DNA from: Peribolospora baueri | Lineage: Eukaryota | Assembly (NCBI GenBank): GCA_029717555.1 | Contig: JAMDHS010000087.1 | Location: 1-64,000, forward strand | Direction of reading: 5' to 3' | Length of the DNA: 64,000 nucleotides | In this document: piece after piece, positions 1-11,492 of the stretch | Layout of the letters: the number at the start of each line of letters is the position of its first letter | How positions within the stretch are numbered: the first letter of the stretch is position 1 | Program-made: the position numbers and the translations under genes | The notes under the pieces: generated by a model | Databases searched by the model: none | Told to the model about the DNA's origin: nothing | What the model saw: the letters and a program-made list of their open reading frames with translations, nothing else

Positions 1-1
1 T

Positions 2-32
<31 letters not shown>

Positions 33-101
33 CCGCTAACGCTCCTGCCGCGCCGCCATTTCTCACCACATCTCGTCCGTGTCCGTTTGTCTCGGTTCAA
101 G

Positions 102-836
102 TATCACCGCGGGAGCGCAACAGGGCGCTCGTTCGGCCCTCAAGTGGTCCCTCGCCATGAACCCTCAAGGCGGGCCGGTCTTGGGAGGCTCCGACAGCTG
201 TGGCGGTGGCTGCCGCGGTGTGGTGACCATCGACGGCAGCAACTGGACTCTCAACCAGGAGTGTGAGTGTCTTGTATGATGGTAGCCGCCAGCTGACTGA
301 CTGACTGACTGACGAGCATCTCTCTTCGCTGTCTTTATCCGTGACCCCAAGTCTACTCCCTCGCTCACCACTCTTGCGCCTCGTCGCCGGTTTCCGGTGG
401 CAACGGCGCGTTCGCGCAACGGATCGGAGCGTCGGCCAACAACGGTTTCCAAGTCGTCGCGTACAAGACGCCGGCCGGGAACGGCAACGCGGCGTACACG
501 CTGGTCGCGCTGAACTGGAATGATCAGGTGAAGCCGTGGGGTGGGGCCAATCTGTTGTCTTCTCTCCGTTCGACCGGGCGATTATCGAATGTGGACTGAC
601 CGACTTTTTTTTTTTGGGTCGACGCACAACAGACCAACGGCCAGTACACTTTCCGCGACCAGACGGCGTCCATCTCGTTCCGGGGCAACACGCTTTCCAC
701 CAATTTCCCCTGCGGTATCACGTTGGGCCGCGTCTGGCTAGAGCTTGAGCTCGGGCTCGAGCTCGAGCAGGGAGGAGAAGGCCCACCACCCGCGGCAGGG
801 ACGGAAAGGGGAAGGGGAACGGCGACGGGGGCCTGA
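102..836 (+). CDS. 3' part of a glycoside hydrolase family 30 enzyme (endo-beta-1,6-glucanase-like); gene starts upstream of the window
   Basis: Exons ~102-262, 352-527 and 633-836 with GT..AG introns give ARSALKWSLAMNPQGGPVLGGSDSCGGGCRGVVTIDGSNWTLNQE|FYSLAHHS...FAQRIG...YTLVALNWNDQ|...ISFRGNTLSTNFPCGIT. This resembles the C-terminal half of fungal GH30_3 enzymes. Stop TGA at 834-836. Confidence 0.8.
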
Positions 837-2564
837 GCTAAGATCCGATGTCGTGGTGTCCGTGTGTTTGCCGTGGAACCGCTTTCGATCGCGTCCCTTC
901 TTTGGTTTTGTCTCTCAGCCGGTTGCAAACCGCGGGTTTCGTTTCTTTGGTCGCCGCCGCTCGACTTTTGCGCTCCTCTCTCGTCGCCCACGCTTTGTAT
1001 TACACCCCGGAGCAGAGCATCATGGATGGAATGGACAGATGTCCAAGACGCCTCGGCCTGCTTGTTCTGTCCTGCATTGTCCTCTCCTCTCTAGCCCAGC
1101 CATGCGATTTGGGAGCAGGGCAGCACTGAAAAGGAAACCATGCCCAATTTGTCGGCCTGTGTCTTGAGAAAGGACGATTACGCGGGGTAGAAGAGACGGT
1201 ATAAGGTAGAGGGAGGTGGTAAACCGTCTGTCGGCGCGGCGCGGCGCTCCGCTCGTGGCGCATGCGCACACAGCCAGGCGTGGCTGCGTCGAACGGACGT
1301 AGGTTCGAAGGCGGTGTGAGAAGGAGGCGCCTTTTTGACAGCCGACTGGAGGTGTGTGAGAAAACGACTTGGAAGCCACCGCCGTCCGTCCGTCTCGTCT
1401 GACCTGTTTCGTTTCGTTCATTTCGATGGGCGCCTTGGTCGCGAGAACAAGCACATGCTTCTATATGTATGTATGTATGCATGTATATATGTACGGACGG
1501 ACAAACACAGGATCGTATATGCCAGACTCGCTCGCTCACATGTCCAAGCAACACCGCCATCGCCATTGCCATCGCCCATCGCACGCCCGATGACATCTCA
1601 ACACGCCACTCGGAGGGAGGCGGAGGGAAAGAAAGAAGCGCGATGACGTAACATGCACCGGCGACGAGCTGCGGGCGCGGTGCGAGTGACGACGATCTGC
1701 GCAGCATGTCGTCGTCGCCACCGACGCCACCGCCTTCCCTGTCCCGGTTCCTTTTCTCCCCCCTCGCCCTTGCGCCCACTCGCCCTGCACTCTCCTCTCC
1801 CCCGGTGTCCTCGGTCCCACCGCCTCGCATCGTCGGCGATTGTCACGGCGGCCGTTGCGCCAAGGAACCGCCAAGCACCCGACCGAAGCTGGGAGGCGGA
1901 GGATAGACGGCAAGCAAGGACCAAGCACCACCGCCGGCTGGGGCCGGAGACCGTGTTCAGTTAGGTAAGCCGTGACGACCGGCCCGGCGAGGTTCCGGAG
2001 GGGATGGATGCGATGAGATGCGATGTGATGCGGCGAGCGGAACGATGCGATGCGATGTGATGCCTTGCGATGCCTTGCCTTGCCTGTGCTCGGACGACGT
2101 CGTCGTCTGCCTCACTCCACCTGCTCACCTGCACACCTCCGTCATCCCTTGGCCGCTTACCCGCTTCTTCGCTTCCCCTCCTCCTTCTTCTTCTCCTTCT
2201 TATCCAGCGATCCAGCGACGACGTTCACGGCAACCCCCCCTCCTCCTCCTCCTCCTCCTCCTCCGCTTTATACTTAGACGCCCGGGCGACGTCGCGCAAG
2301 TATAGATCTTCTTTCGTTTCCCCCTCCCCCCTTCTTCGCCACCACCTGGGCCGCCACCTAGCACCCCACATCTGTATCACCGTGCCCCTGTCAGCAGCTT
2401 CGGCTCGCAGTCTCTTCCTTTTCTCTTCTTTCTCTTTCCCCGCCGTCCTCTCCCTGCTTTCTCTCTTTTTTTTCGACTCCCCCCACCACCCGTCTCTCGC
2501 CTTCTCGTTCTCCATCCTGCATTTTCTCCCCACTCCCCCCAGCCAGTGATACCCCTGGTCGGGT

Positions 2565-4980
2565 ATGCAGATGCCCGTTGGCTTTGGCGGTGTCGCCGTC
2601 GGTTACCGTCTAGGCACACCCACCGGCTTCGCACCCCGCCCCGCCGCCGCTTCTCCGCCCGGCTCCGTCGTCTCCGCGACCACGATCCCTTGGGGCTCAA
2701 GTGGCGTGGCGTGGAGCGGGCCGAGGACGATGACGATGATGGACCCCGCGCCATCCCGGATGGGGAGCGTGGACGCGAGTGCCGCTACGAGTGCCATGGG
2801 TGTCGCCGGCGTTCGCCCTCTCCCGGACTCCTCTTCGACGACCGACACCACCAACACTTCTGCCGTCACCTCGCCCGTACCTTCTGAAACCGCCTCGGCC
2901 GGCACGGCGAGCACCAACCTGAGCGGCGGCGGCGCCGCGATGGCGAGCATGCCCGCGCCTTGTTCGCGTGCGGTGGCGGTGGCAAACCAGCCCATGAGCT
3001 CCTCTGCGGCCTCGTCCCCCTCCTCCTTCGCCAACGCCAACGCCAACGCCAACGACGCCGCCCCGCCCTTGCCCTTGCCCCAGCCGCCCAAGAACAGTCG
3101 ATTGGCACAGTCGAGCGTGACCGGCAAACGGCTCAATTGGGCCGACATGGTAAGTCGGGCAGACACGCGGTGGATGTTTGCTTGGCTTTCTTCGGCCCCT
3201 TGGCCGTGATCGGTTTCGACGCCTTCCGCTTCCCTCCGCTCATACATTCATTCCTCCGCCCATCCGCGTGTCTCTCTCTTCATTCCCGCTCCCTACTTCC
3301 TTACGTTTGGACTCCTTCAGATCTGTCGATGTCTCTCTCGGGAACATGATACCAAGATGGTCATCGCCGAGCTTTTTAACGCCATGATCGACGAGTTTCC
3401 GGCGGTGAGTCGCCGCCATCCAGTCCGGAGCGGGCCAAGGAAAGAGGAGGGTTCGCAAAGCTCACGGATTTTCCGTTCATTTTCGCCCCCCACCCCCTGG
3501 TCTTCTCTACTTTCAGATCCGGGAATGGGCCTACGGCAAGGATTGGGAGGCTCGCGTGAAGAACCGAATCAAGTCGACTCTGTCCATCAAGCCGCACCTC
3601 TTCCTCAAGGTCTCCAGGCCTTCCTCCGCGCCGGGCAAGGGAAGCTGGTGGATGCTCAAGCCGGAAGCCAAGCACAAGTGGGTCGGCACCGGCCGACACG
3701 TACAGAGCGTCGTCACACCTGCCAGCGCCGCTGGCGGAGGAGGAGGAGAACATCGCTTGAACGTCGGCGCTGGTTGGAATCAGCCACAGTATCACTCCAA
3801 TGGCGTCGTCCCAAGGTGAGCTGGGTCCTTGAAGCGTCGCCCACTCTACCTACCTCATTTCTCATCTTGACCGTAATTCCCCTCGCTTCCACCCGACCCT
3901 CGCAACAGCAGTGGTCTAGTGGGCGTGCCCTCTCCCGTCATGCCGTCGACGGTTCCGCCCCCGCTCCCCTTTGATCTTCCGCAAGACCACAACCACGGCT
4001 TTGCCTCGCAACCGCTCTTCATTTCCACCGGCGCCACCATGCCATCCTACATGGTCCAGCAGTCTCACCCGTTCGGCACCACGCTCGCAGGCGGTTACAC
4101 CGCGCTGTCGGACCCATCCAGCCTGGCGTCCATGTCCGGCGTTTTGGCCGACGGCTCCGGATCGACTCCAAGCATTCCCTCGTCCGTCGAGTCCAGCCGA
4201 CGACCGTCGCTGATGACCACCGGCACGCTCAGCACGACCACTGGCACCGATGGCGTCCTTTTCGGCGCAACGTCGCCCGCTCTCGACGGACGCTCGGTGG
4301 ATGACCTAAGCGCTCACCTGACCGCCGCTGCCGCTCTGTCCTCCGCTTGCCCATCGTCCCTGCCCACAGGCCTGTCCCGAGACAGTACGTCCGATAGCAT
4401 GTCTGCCTCGAGCGTGACGTCTCTAGGCGCTCCCCTCCCTCCTTCATCTCCTTCCACCAACCACCTCCTCGACTCTCTCGCCGGCGGAACGAAACTCACC
4501 GACCTCGGCAGCTACACCGCCCTCTCCCCTCAGACCGGCGGCATGGCCTCGGGGAGCGAAGCAGCGTCCGGATGGCTGTCCAGCGCGGCCGATATGGTCG
4601 CTTCGCCTCTTTTCGGTATCAACTTGGCCACCGTCTTCCCCACGTCCGGCTTCGGCCCTGGCTCTGGTACTGGCGTCAGCGCCGACGACGGCCATGCCCA
4701 CGCGCCCATGAACGGCGACACGATGACGCCCAGCTCTGCGCTGCCTGTCGGAGCCGGCCTCTGCAACTTGTCCATCATTGGCGAAGGGTCGCCACGTGGC
4801 AGCTTGAACGCACCAACAACAGCAACAGGTCTCGACGTCGGTTTCGGCGGCTCCTCGGCCGGCCTGGGTCAGGGACTGGTTCCGGGCCCGGGATCGTCAT
4901 CGTCATCGACGGAGCACATTCAAGACCTCCCAGCGTCCATATCGTTGATCGATCCGGCGTTTCAGGATCCTCGAAGATGA
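2565..4980 (+). CDS. Divergent forkhead/winged-helix transcription factor
   Basis: Exons 2565-3149, 3321-3404, 3517-3815 and 3909-4980 splice in frame. The domain reads KRLNWADM|ICRCLSREHDTKMVIAELFNAMIDEFPA|IREWAYGKDWEARVKNRIKSTLSIKPHLFLKVSRPSSAPGKGSWWML, which has forkhead hallmarks (F.KV.R....GKGSWW). The flanks are S/T/P-rich. The start codon is uncertain. Confidence 0.8.
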
Positions 4981-6475
4981 GATGAAACGGCAAAGGATCC
5001 TGTGCATCCCGGATGTCCGTCTAAATGTGACTCGGACCGGATAATATCGACTTCCCCCTCTTCCCAGTCTCCGACCCCGGACCTCGTCCTTTCGAACCAA
5101 AATTGCGAAGCGTTCCCCCGAACCCCCGGCTCGGCTTCGCTTGCCGCGCCTGCGGTTTTTTGGACTTGTTCTCCTTTGTCCCCTTTGGCTCTCGCTCACC
5201 AGACGATATCTTCCCCTCCTGGATCGCGGTTACACCCACCGACCCATTTGTATGTGGACGAACTTTTTTTTTTCCTTCTCTCGCCGCCGTCGGAGCCGAC
5301 ATTGCCCCCACCCGCCAGTGCTGGAAATTTCCTTCCTCGCTTCGATTTCGGCTCTATCGACGCTGTCCCTCTTCGACTTTTACTCAGCTCTCTTTTCGCC
5401 CGCCCTGTTTCGTATTCCTTTTTTTTTTTTCCTTTCCCATTCCCTGCCCATCGCCTGTTTTGTATTTTCCGATTCGCTCTACCCTGCGCTGTATCGTACA
5501 ATTCACCCGCCCTGAACCGTCTGTGCCATTCTGTGTCCTTCCCCTTCCTTCGTTTCCCCGCCCCCTCCCCTTTCCATCTCTCCCGCCTGGATACATCTCT
5601 CAACGTGCCTGCGCTGGTCAGCAAAGTTAGATCATCGCCGTCGCAGTTCGAAGTAACATTCTCGTCGATGGGTGGTCCGTGCGTGCGTGAGCGGATTGTG
5701 AAAGCGGGTCTTTTCCTTCGGACCGATTGAATGCGGAGGTTAGCGTCGACGAGCCGTACATGCCATGCCGAACGTGTGTATAGATAAATAGGGGATCGCG
5801 AGAGCCGGTGAGGCGAGTTGGGCTTTCCCACATTGATCTCGCAGACCAGCACCGCGATCGCATCACACCTTCGCTTCGGTCTACCCACTCTATCCATCCA
5901 TCACGGCCGCACCTGCCCCTACGACGACGAGCACGTCCGGCGGAGATGGTCCGGGCAAGACGCTCTTCTTGTTCTGTGACTTGTGAGCCCTTCCTCCTTC
6001 GTCTCCCTTCTGTCTTTTTCACTCCAACCGGCTCGCCTGATCAGCGCGGCGGGCGCGACGGGCCGCTCACCTCGTCGTCCTCTTCTTCGCTTTCGTCTTC
6101 TCCTTTCCTTTCACCTACTCTCTTCTGGCACCCACGCTCATAGCCAAGAATGTGCGCACGTCATGAGACTTCCTGTTTGACTTGAAACTCACATCCGAAT
6201 TGATCATGACGAGCGACTCGAAAACGCCTTCGTCCAAGTCCATTATCCTATCTAGTCTTCTTAATCAAGTCTCATTTGGTTCCAACCACGCCAATATGTG
6301 ACATCCTTTCGTGACATCCATGACAACAGCATGCCGGGGCACATCGTGCGCATGGCCACCGCATATCCCGCCGAGGATCGCCACTCCGACCTGCTCCTTC
6401 GGATGTCGATACGCGAGCGAGCGGGCACCATTCCCGCCGCCGAACCCCCCCATCGAACCCGAAGGCGACATAATA

Positions 6476-7072
6476 CAGTCAACCCTGTCTATACGCATAA
6501 GAGTATAGCCCGAGTGCTATGCAGTATGCGGGAGGTTGACTACCCAGAGGGGTCTATGCATATTTGCCGCAGTCGTTGCCACAGTCGATAGCGTCCATCA
6601 AGACATGAATTCCAAGCTTTACTATAGAGTATGTACACGTCATAACACAACCATGTTCAAGAAGAAGCGTGTGCAGAAAAGAATTGTCGAAGATCGGTTT
6701 GTTTACGCTGCTCGTTGACATGTTCTTTGAAAGAGATGGTGAAACGCGGACAAGCACCCACGTGTAGTAAGTAATGTTAGTACTGGCGGTGGATGGACCC
6801 GTTGTAACACAGTTGCCTACATAGTCATGTCCGCTTTCAGCCGCGTAACCACGGTGCTCGTCGCGCGCCAATCTCCAACACCACGAGGATGCACGTGACC
6901 CTCAATCCTAACTGGTAAGGACGGCACCGGTGTCAGTGCTATGCAATTATGCGGGTATGCCAGTATGCATATAGACCGGTATTTTGGCTGGGGACAAGCG
7001 GGAAAGGGAGATCGCTATGCACTATGCGAAGGCATGCCTATGGACCCGTATGCTAACAGACAGGGTTGACTG
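6476..7072. mobile_element. Non-autonomous Tc1/mariner (pogo-like) MITE, 597 bp
   Basis: Perfect 15-bp terminal inverted repeat CAGTCAACCCTGTCT (6476-6490) / AGACAGGGTTGACTG (7058-7072), extendable to 21/24 matches. Flanked by TA on both sides (6474-6475, 7073-7074). The interior is more AT-rich than the genic flanks, carries subterminal GCTATGCA.TATGCG repeats and has no transposase ORF. Confidence 0.85.
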
Positions 7073-7510
7073 TAGTTGACATTTCTTTCCTGGAACGGGC
7101 AGGGGTGCCAGTGCTTAAGTATCCCTGAGGAGGGCATGGGCTTCCAAGACGAAGACAAAGACAAAAGACGGACGACGACTGCCGTTCGATCACGAGCGCA
7201 AATATCCAATGTCCATATCGAAACGCGCGGTAGTAAAGCGCACCGCGCTGCGAGCTAGAATACGTCGGTCGAAATGAGGCGTGCGCCGTGCCCATCGCCG
7301 CAAATGGGAGCAGAGGCCCTGGCGTAGCTAGGTATACAAGCGCAAAATAATGCGGCAGCTACTATTCTCGAATACCGAGGCTGTGAGATTCCGGCGAAAC
7401 CGAAAGGGAATGCGAAGCTTTCCTACAGAGAAGAGACGGGCTGATGAGCTGGGTATCTATCTGGGTGTGTCCAACAAGATGGATGGCTCTTGTCGCCTCC
7501 CGCGGCCAGT

Positions 7511-9303
7511 TCAACTCTTCTCGCTGGCCGTCTGGGCCAAGCGCAGGATGCGTTGAACCTCGGCGCGCGCGTCGACCAACATCCCACCGTACCCCTCCGC
7601 TTTGGCATCCAAAAGGTCCATTTCGCGCCTCAGGCCCAGGACGAGCGCTTCGAGCCTGGAAGCGAACGCGTCCCTGGACCGCCTCTCGTCGGCTAGCAGT
7701 AACGCGAGGTCCTCACGCTCCTTGTTCCGCTCCGCCACCATCCTCTCCACCGCCTCGCGCTTCTTGAGTAGCGCTTCCGTCTCTCTCGCGTGCCTCCGCG
7801 CTTGCTCGTCCATCCGCCGCCTCGCCGCCGCCACCTCCCTAGCGCTCGCCGCCTTGACACCTTCGATGGCCCCCTTAAGCGCCGCGTACTCGTTCTCCGC
7901 CTTCTCCCGCGCCTCCCTGTCCCCTTTCATCCCTTTGCTAACCTCCTTACCCTGCTCCTCCCAAGCCAGCCTCTCTGACCGGATCTTCTTCATCTCCTTT
8001 TCGTTCGCCTTGAACCGCTCGCTGAGCTCCAGCAGCGCCCGCTCCTTGCGCGCCAGCATGTGGCTCAGGGTCTCGTTCTCCAGCCTAACCCTCTCCTTGC
8101 TGTCGCGCACGTCCTCGATCTGCCTCGTCAGCGTCGCCACGCTCCGCTGAGACAGTCGCAGCTCGTTCTTTGTCGAATCCAGCGCGGACCGCGTCGAGCT
8201 CAGGTCCGCGTTCAGCGCCGCGATCACCTTGCTCGTTCCGCCCCTGTCCGATCCACCGGACGGCGAGTGAGCGGCGGCGGCCATGGCAGCCTGGGACGAG
8301 AGCACGCGCTTGTTCTCTGACGCGATCGTCGGCGCCAGGAAGCCTTCGCCGAGCGGCAGCTGGGATCGGTTGGCCTCCTTCACCGTGCCTAACCGGCTTC
8401 CTCTCCCTTCTCCGTCGTCGTAGCCGCCCAGTCGCGGGGAGCGTGAAACTGCTGGTGACGCGAGCAGCCCGGCCGCGCTGTTCCTGTGCGACGACGTGGA
8501 TCCCTTTCGCGATCGCGTACGGCTCTTTCGAGAACCCGTGTCGGACGCGGTCGAGCTGACGCTCTCCCCTGACGGACTGACGGCACCAGATCTGGAGGGA
8601 CCGGCATCGGGATCACCGGCGACGCCGGGCAGGCCGAAAGGCATCATTGCGGGCGAGCTGGGAGCGGAAGAGGTCGGCTTGTTCTTCTTCAGCTTCGAAG
8701 GGGTGCCGCCCGAAGTAGGCGTAGGCGTGCCACCGCGAATGGAGCGGAAGAAGGAGGATGATGCCCGCGGCGGAGCCGCCGGCTGCGACGCCGAGCTCTC
8801 GTATCGAGCAATCACCGCGTTCTTTTGGCGTAGAATGCGCTTCAGCTCGTGAAGCTCTGCGCGCAGAGCCGCTGGAACGAAAAGCGTTGTAGGAGAGTGC
8901 GCGAAAACCCAGATGGGAAGGAAAAGGAAAAAGGGAGGTGAGAGAGAAACCCAGTCCATATGCGCCCTTCCCTCGTTCCTGATAGAGAGACTTGCAAAAA
9001 GCCCGCGTGGATGCAGACCGACACCTGCGATGGTGCTCAGTACTCACCGTTGGCCTCACCACCCAGTCGTCCGCTTACGTCGCTGCGCATACTGGCCCTA
9101 CTGGACGATCGATACGTAGCAGAAGAAGGCATACCCTCTTCATCGAGGCCGTCAGAGCTATACGCAACGCTCGACGCGTCCAACCCCAGTGCTGATCCAC
9201 CTCCCCCTCCGGCGGCGACGTCTCCAGCACCGGTAAAGGAAGCGGCACTGGGAGACCTCTCCGCAGACTGCGTCCGGGAGAGGTCGGCCGTCGACCCGTT
9301 CAT
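7511..9303 (-). CDS. Coiled-coil protein, She3 (SWI5-dependent HO expression protein 3)-like
   Basis: Exons 9303-9048 and 8871-7511 (GTGAGT donor, CAG acceptor, frame kept). S/P-rich N-terminus, then a long heptad region TSKVIAALNADLSSTRSALDSTKNELRLSQRSVATLTRQIEDVRDSKERVRLENETLSHMLARKER that I recognise as similar to basidiomycete She3-like proteins. The family call is from memory. Confidence 0.65.
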
Positions 9304-9776
9304 GGCCGACTTGCTCGGTCTGCGAAACAACCCCACGATGGGCAACGTTGAGCGAGCGGAGGGGGATAGGGGTGGTGGTGAGGGCGGGCCGAGACGAGCG
9401 CGGAGCGGGCCGAGAAAAGCGAAAGAGAGAGAGCCTATCGAAGACGCTCGCAATGACTGCGATGGAGGAGGAACGTTGATGAGCGAGCTTCCTGGAGATG
9501 AGGTCGTTCTTGCGTTAAGACTGTGCTTGCGTGTACGAACGAACTGACGACGGGGGAAGGCGCCCGAGTCTCTTCGGACGTGGTCACGTGCATGGGGAAC
9601 GCCAAAAGCGCGTCCGACCATACGGAACTTTCTCCGCCAAGGGATGGTTTTTTAAGGCGCGATGGCGATTTTCAGTCGCCTGTGGCAAGGTGGCGAGAAG
9701 TCACAAGAGAAATAAAAGTACAGGCGGTACAGAACGTTATACACGAAGGCGATAATTATGAAAGCAGGCCACCACT

Positions 9777-11492
9777 TCAGACCTCGGCCGGACGGCCAAG
9801 GGCGGTCATGAGCTGCCTCAGTGTGGAAACGCCGAGCAAGGCGCGCTCGCTCACGCGTTCCACGCCGGACGTCGTGTTGGACGTGCGAGAGTCGAGCGTG
9901 GCAAGGTGAGGGATAAGGGAGGCAGTCAGGCGCTTCAGAGCAGGATCACCGAGGGGCTGCACGCAGGTGAGGCCGGCCGATTGGTTGGAGAGACAGAAGC
10001 GAGCTACTCGTCAGCACCGTCCAAAGAGGTGCCAGCCGTGTTGTTCAAAGATGGCCCAATTAACCACTCACATCATAATCAGCTCCCTCGTTGAGCTCCA
10101 CCTCAGCACCGTCCCACCGAGTTCCGGCGGGCGGATCCCTCTTCAACTTTTGTTCCGCCATGTCCTGGTAAGTGACGCCGTCGGGAATGGGCCGTTCTGG
10201 CCGAGAGTTCGCCAAGCGGAGCAATGGATGAAGCTACCAAGAAGAACAGACAAATAGTCGTACGAGGCGCAGCGCAAAGGAATGATCAGTAAGAAGACTA
10301 TCAGGTACAGTACACGTAGTGTAAGAAACGGGCTGCTCACTCTGTTCGCTTCTAATTTCTGGTTCCTCTTGGCCGCGCTGGCGGCCCTTGTTTGAAAGTC
10401 GGCCAGCCGCTGTCGATCCTCCTCCAGCAATCTAACAAGAAGCGAGATCAGGCAGACGATATAATCAATATCAGTAGATATGGAAAGGTTTCACTTTTCA
10501 CGGGCAGCAGAAATGAAGGACAAAGGGCGTCTGTAACTTACCTACTCTGCTCTTCAATCTGTTGCTCTAGCTCCAAAGCTTGTTGGGCTTCTGGTAGAAG
10601 CATGCCTTCAAGCGCCGTCTGAGCAGCAAGAATTCAGTAAAAGCAGCACCTTAAGCGTCCCAGTCTACATGATATGGAATAGGCCGACTCACAATATCGC
10701 CCTCCAGCCCACCTTCACCCTCCAAGCCCTCGGCCCACCCAATCAAGCTGGCGTCCACACCCCTCATTCCCAGGCCCGGCCTGCCTGGTCGAGAGGCCGG
10801 AAGGGCTAGCACTGGAGGCACCATAACCTCTTCGAGCTCCTCGTCCAGTTGCCGAAGGGCGCGAGTGAGCGAGCGGGTGAGCGAGGTGCGCTGGGCTGGA
10901 GGAAGGAGGGGAAGGAGAGGTCTGCAAGGGTGCAGTTACACGCCATGGAGACCGGTCAGTTGCATCCCTACTCGCTCACAGAAGGACAGGAGGGGATACG
11001 TCTGCAGGCTCCAGCCAATTTCCGATGCACTCACCTGATGCTCTCCCAAATCACGCCCCCTTCACCCACTACCAATTCGCGCTCCTCCCCGCCGAGTTTC
11101 CTCCACTTCGTCGTCTTCCTCGACGGCGGCTTCCTCCTATACTTTCTCTTCATCTGGCGGAGAGACACGTCGCCTTCCTCTTCGATCATTTCCTGGCCTT
11201 CGTCCTCACCTCGTGCAGAAGGTCGTCCTCGGTCGCCATTACGCCCGCGGACGTCGTCCTCCTCTTCTTCCTCCTCCTCCTCCTCGGAAGAAGGCGCCCT
11301 TTCGGATCCAGACGCCTGGCTATCTGACGCAAGCGATCGCGACATCTCCTCCTCGTCCTCCTCTTCTCCGTCTTCGGAAGAAGAAGTCGACACCTCGGCT
11401 TGTCGCCGTTTGCGCAGTCCTGATCCACGTTGACCTGGATTGGACCGCGCGGCGGCTGCGCGTGGCGCACCCCTCGCCGCTCTTGCGGACAT
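9777..11492 (-). CDS. CENP-Q / Okp1 / Fta7-like inner-kinetochore (CCAN) subunit
   Basis: Six exons (11492-11035, 10921-10693, 10618-10542, 10431-10341, 10233-10072, 9956-9777) with canonical GT..AG splice into one frame. Acidic N-terminus, then KWRKL, LRQLDEELEEVMVPP, the coiled coil TALEGMLLPEAQQALELEQQIEEQSRLLEEDRQRLADFQTRA, then LHPLL and DPALKRLTASLIPHLATLD. This is the motif order of fungal CENP-Q-domain proteins. Confidence 0.7.

Noticed and set aside
1..32. Poly-T run at the window start
   Set aside because: It is an intronic homopolymer upstream of a GCTAAC branch site. No evidence for a retroposed poly-A tail.
739..836. Odd LELELGLELEQG... C-terminal tail of the GH30 protein
   Set aside because: It is encoded by a short (GAGCTY)n repeat and is probably a neutral extension or small indel. 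No PTS1 or other targeting motif.
3906..3911. NAGNAG (CAGCAG) tandem acceptor in the forkhead gene
   Set aside because: It would change only one Ser in a disordered region and is a common feature.
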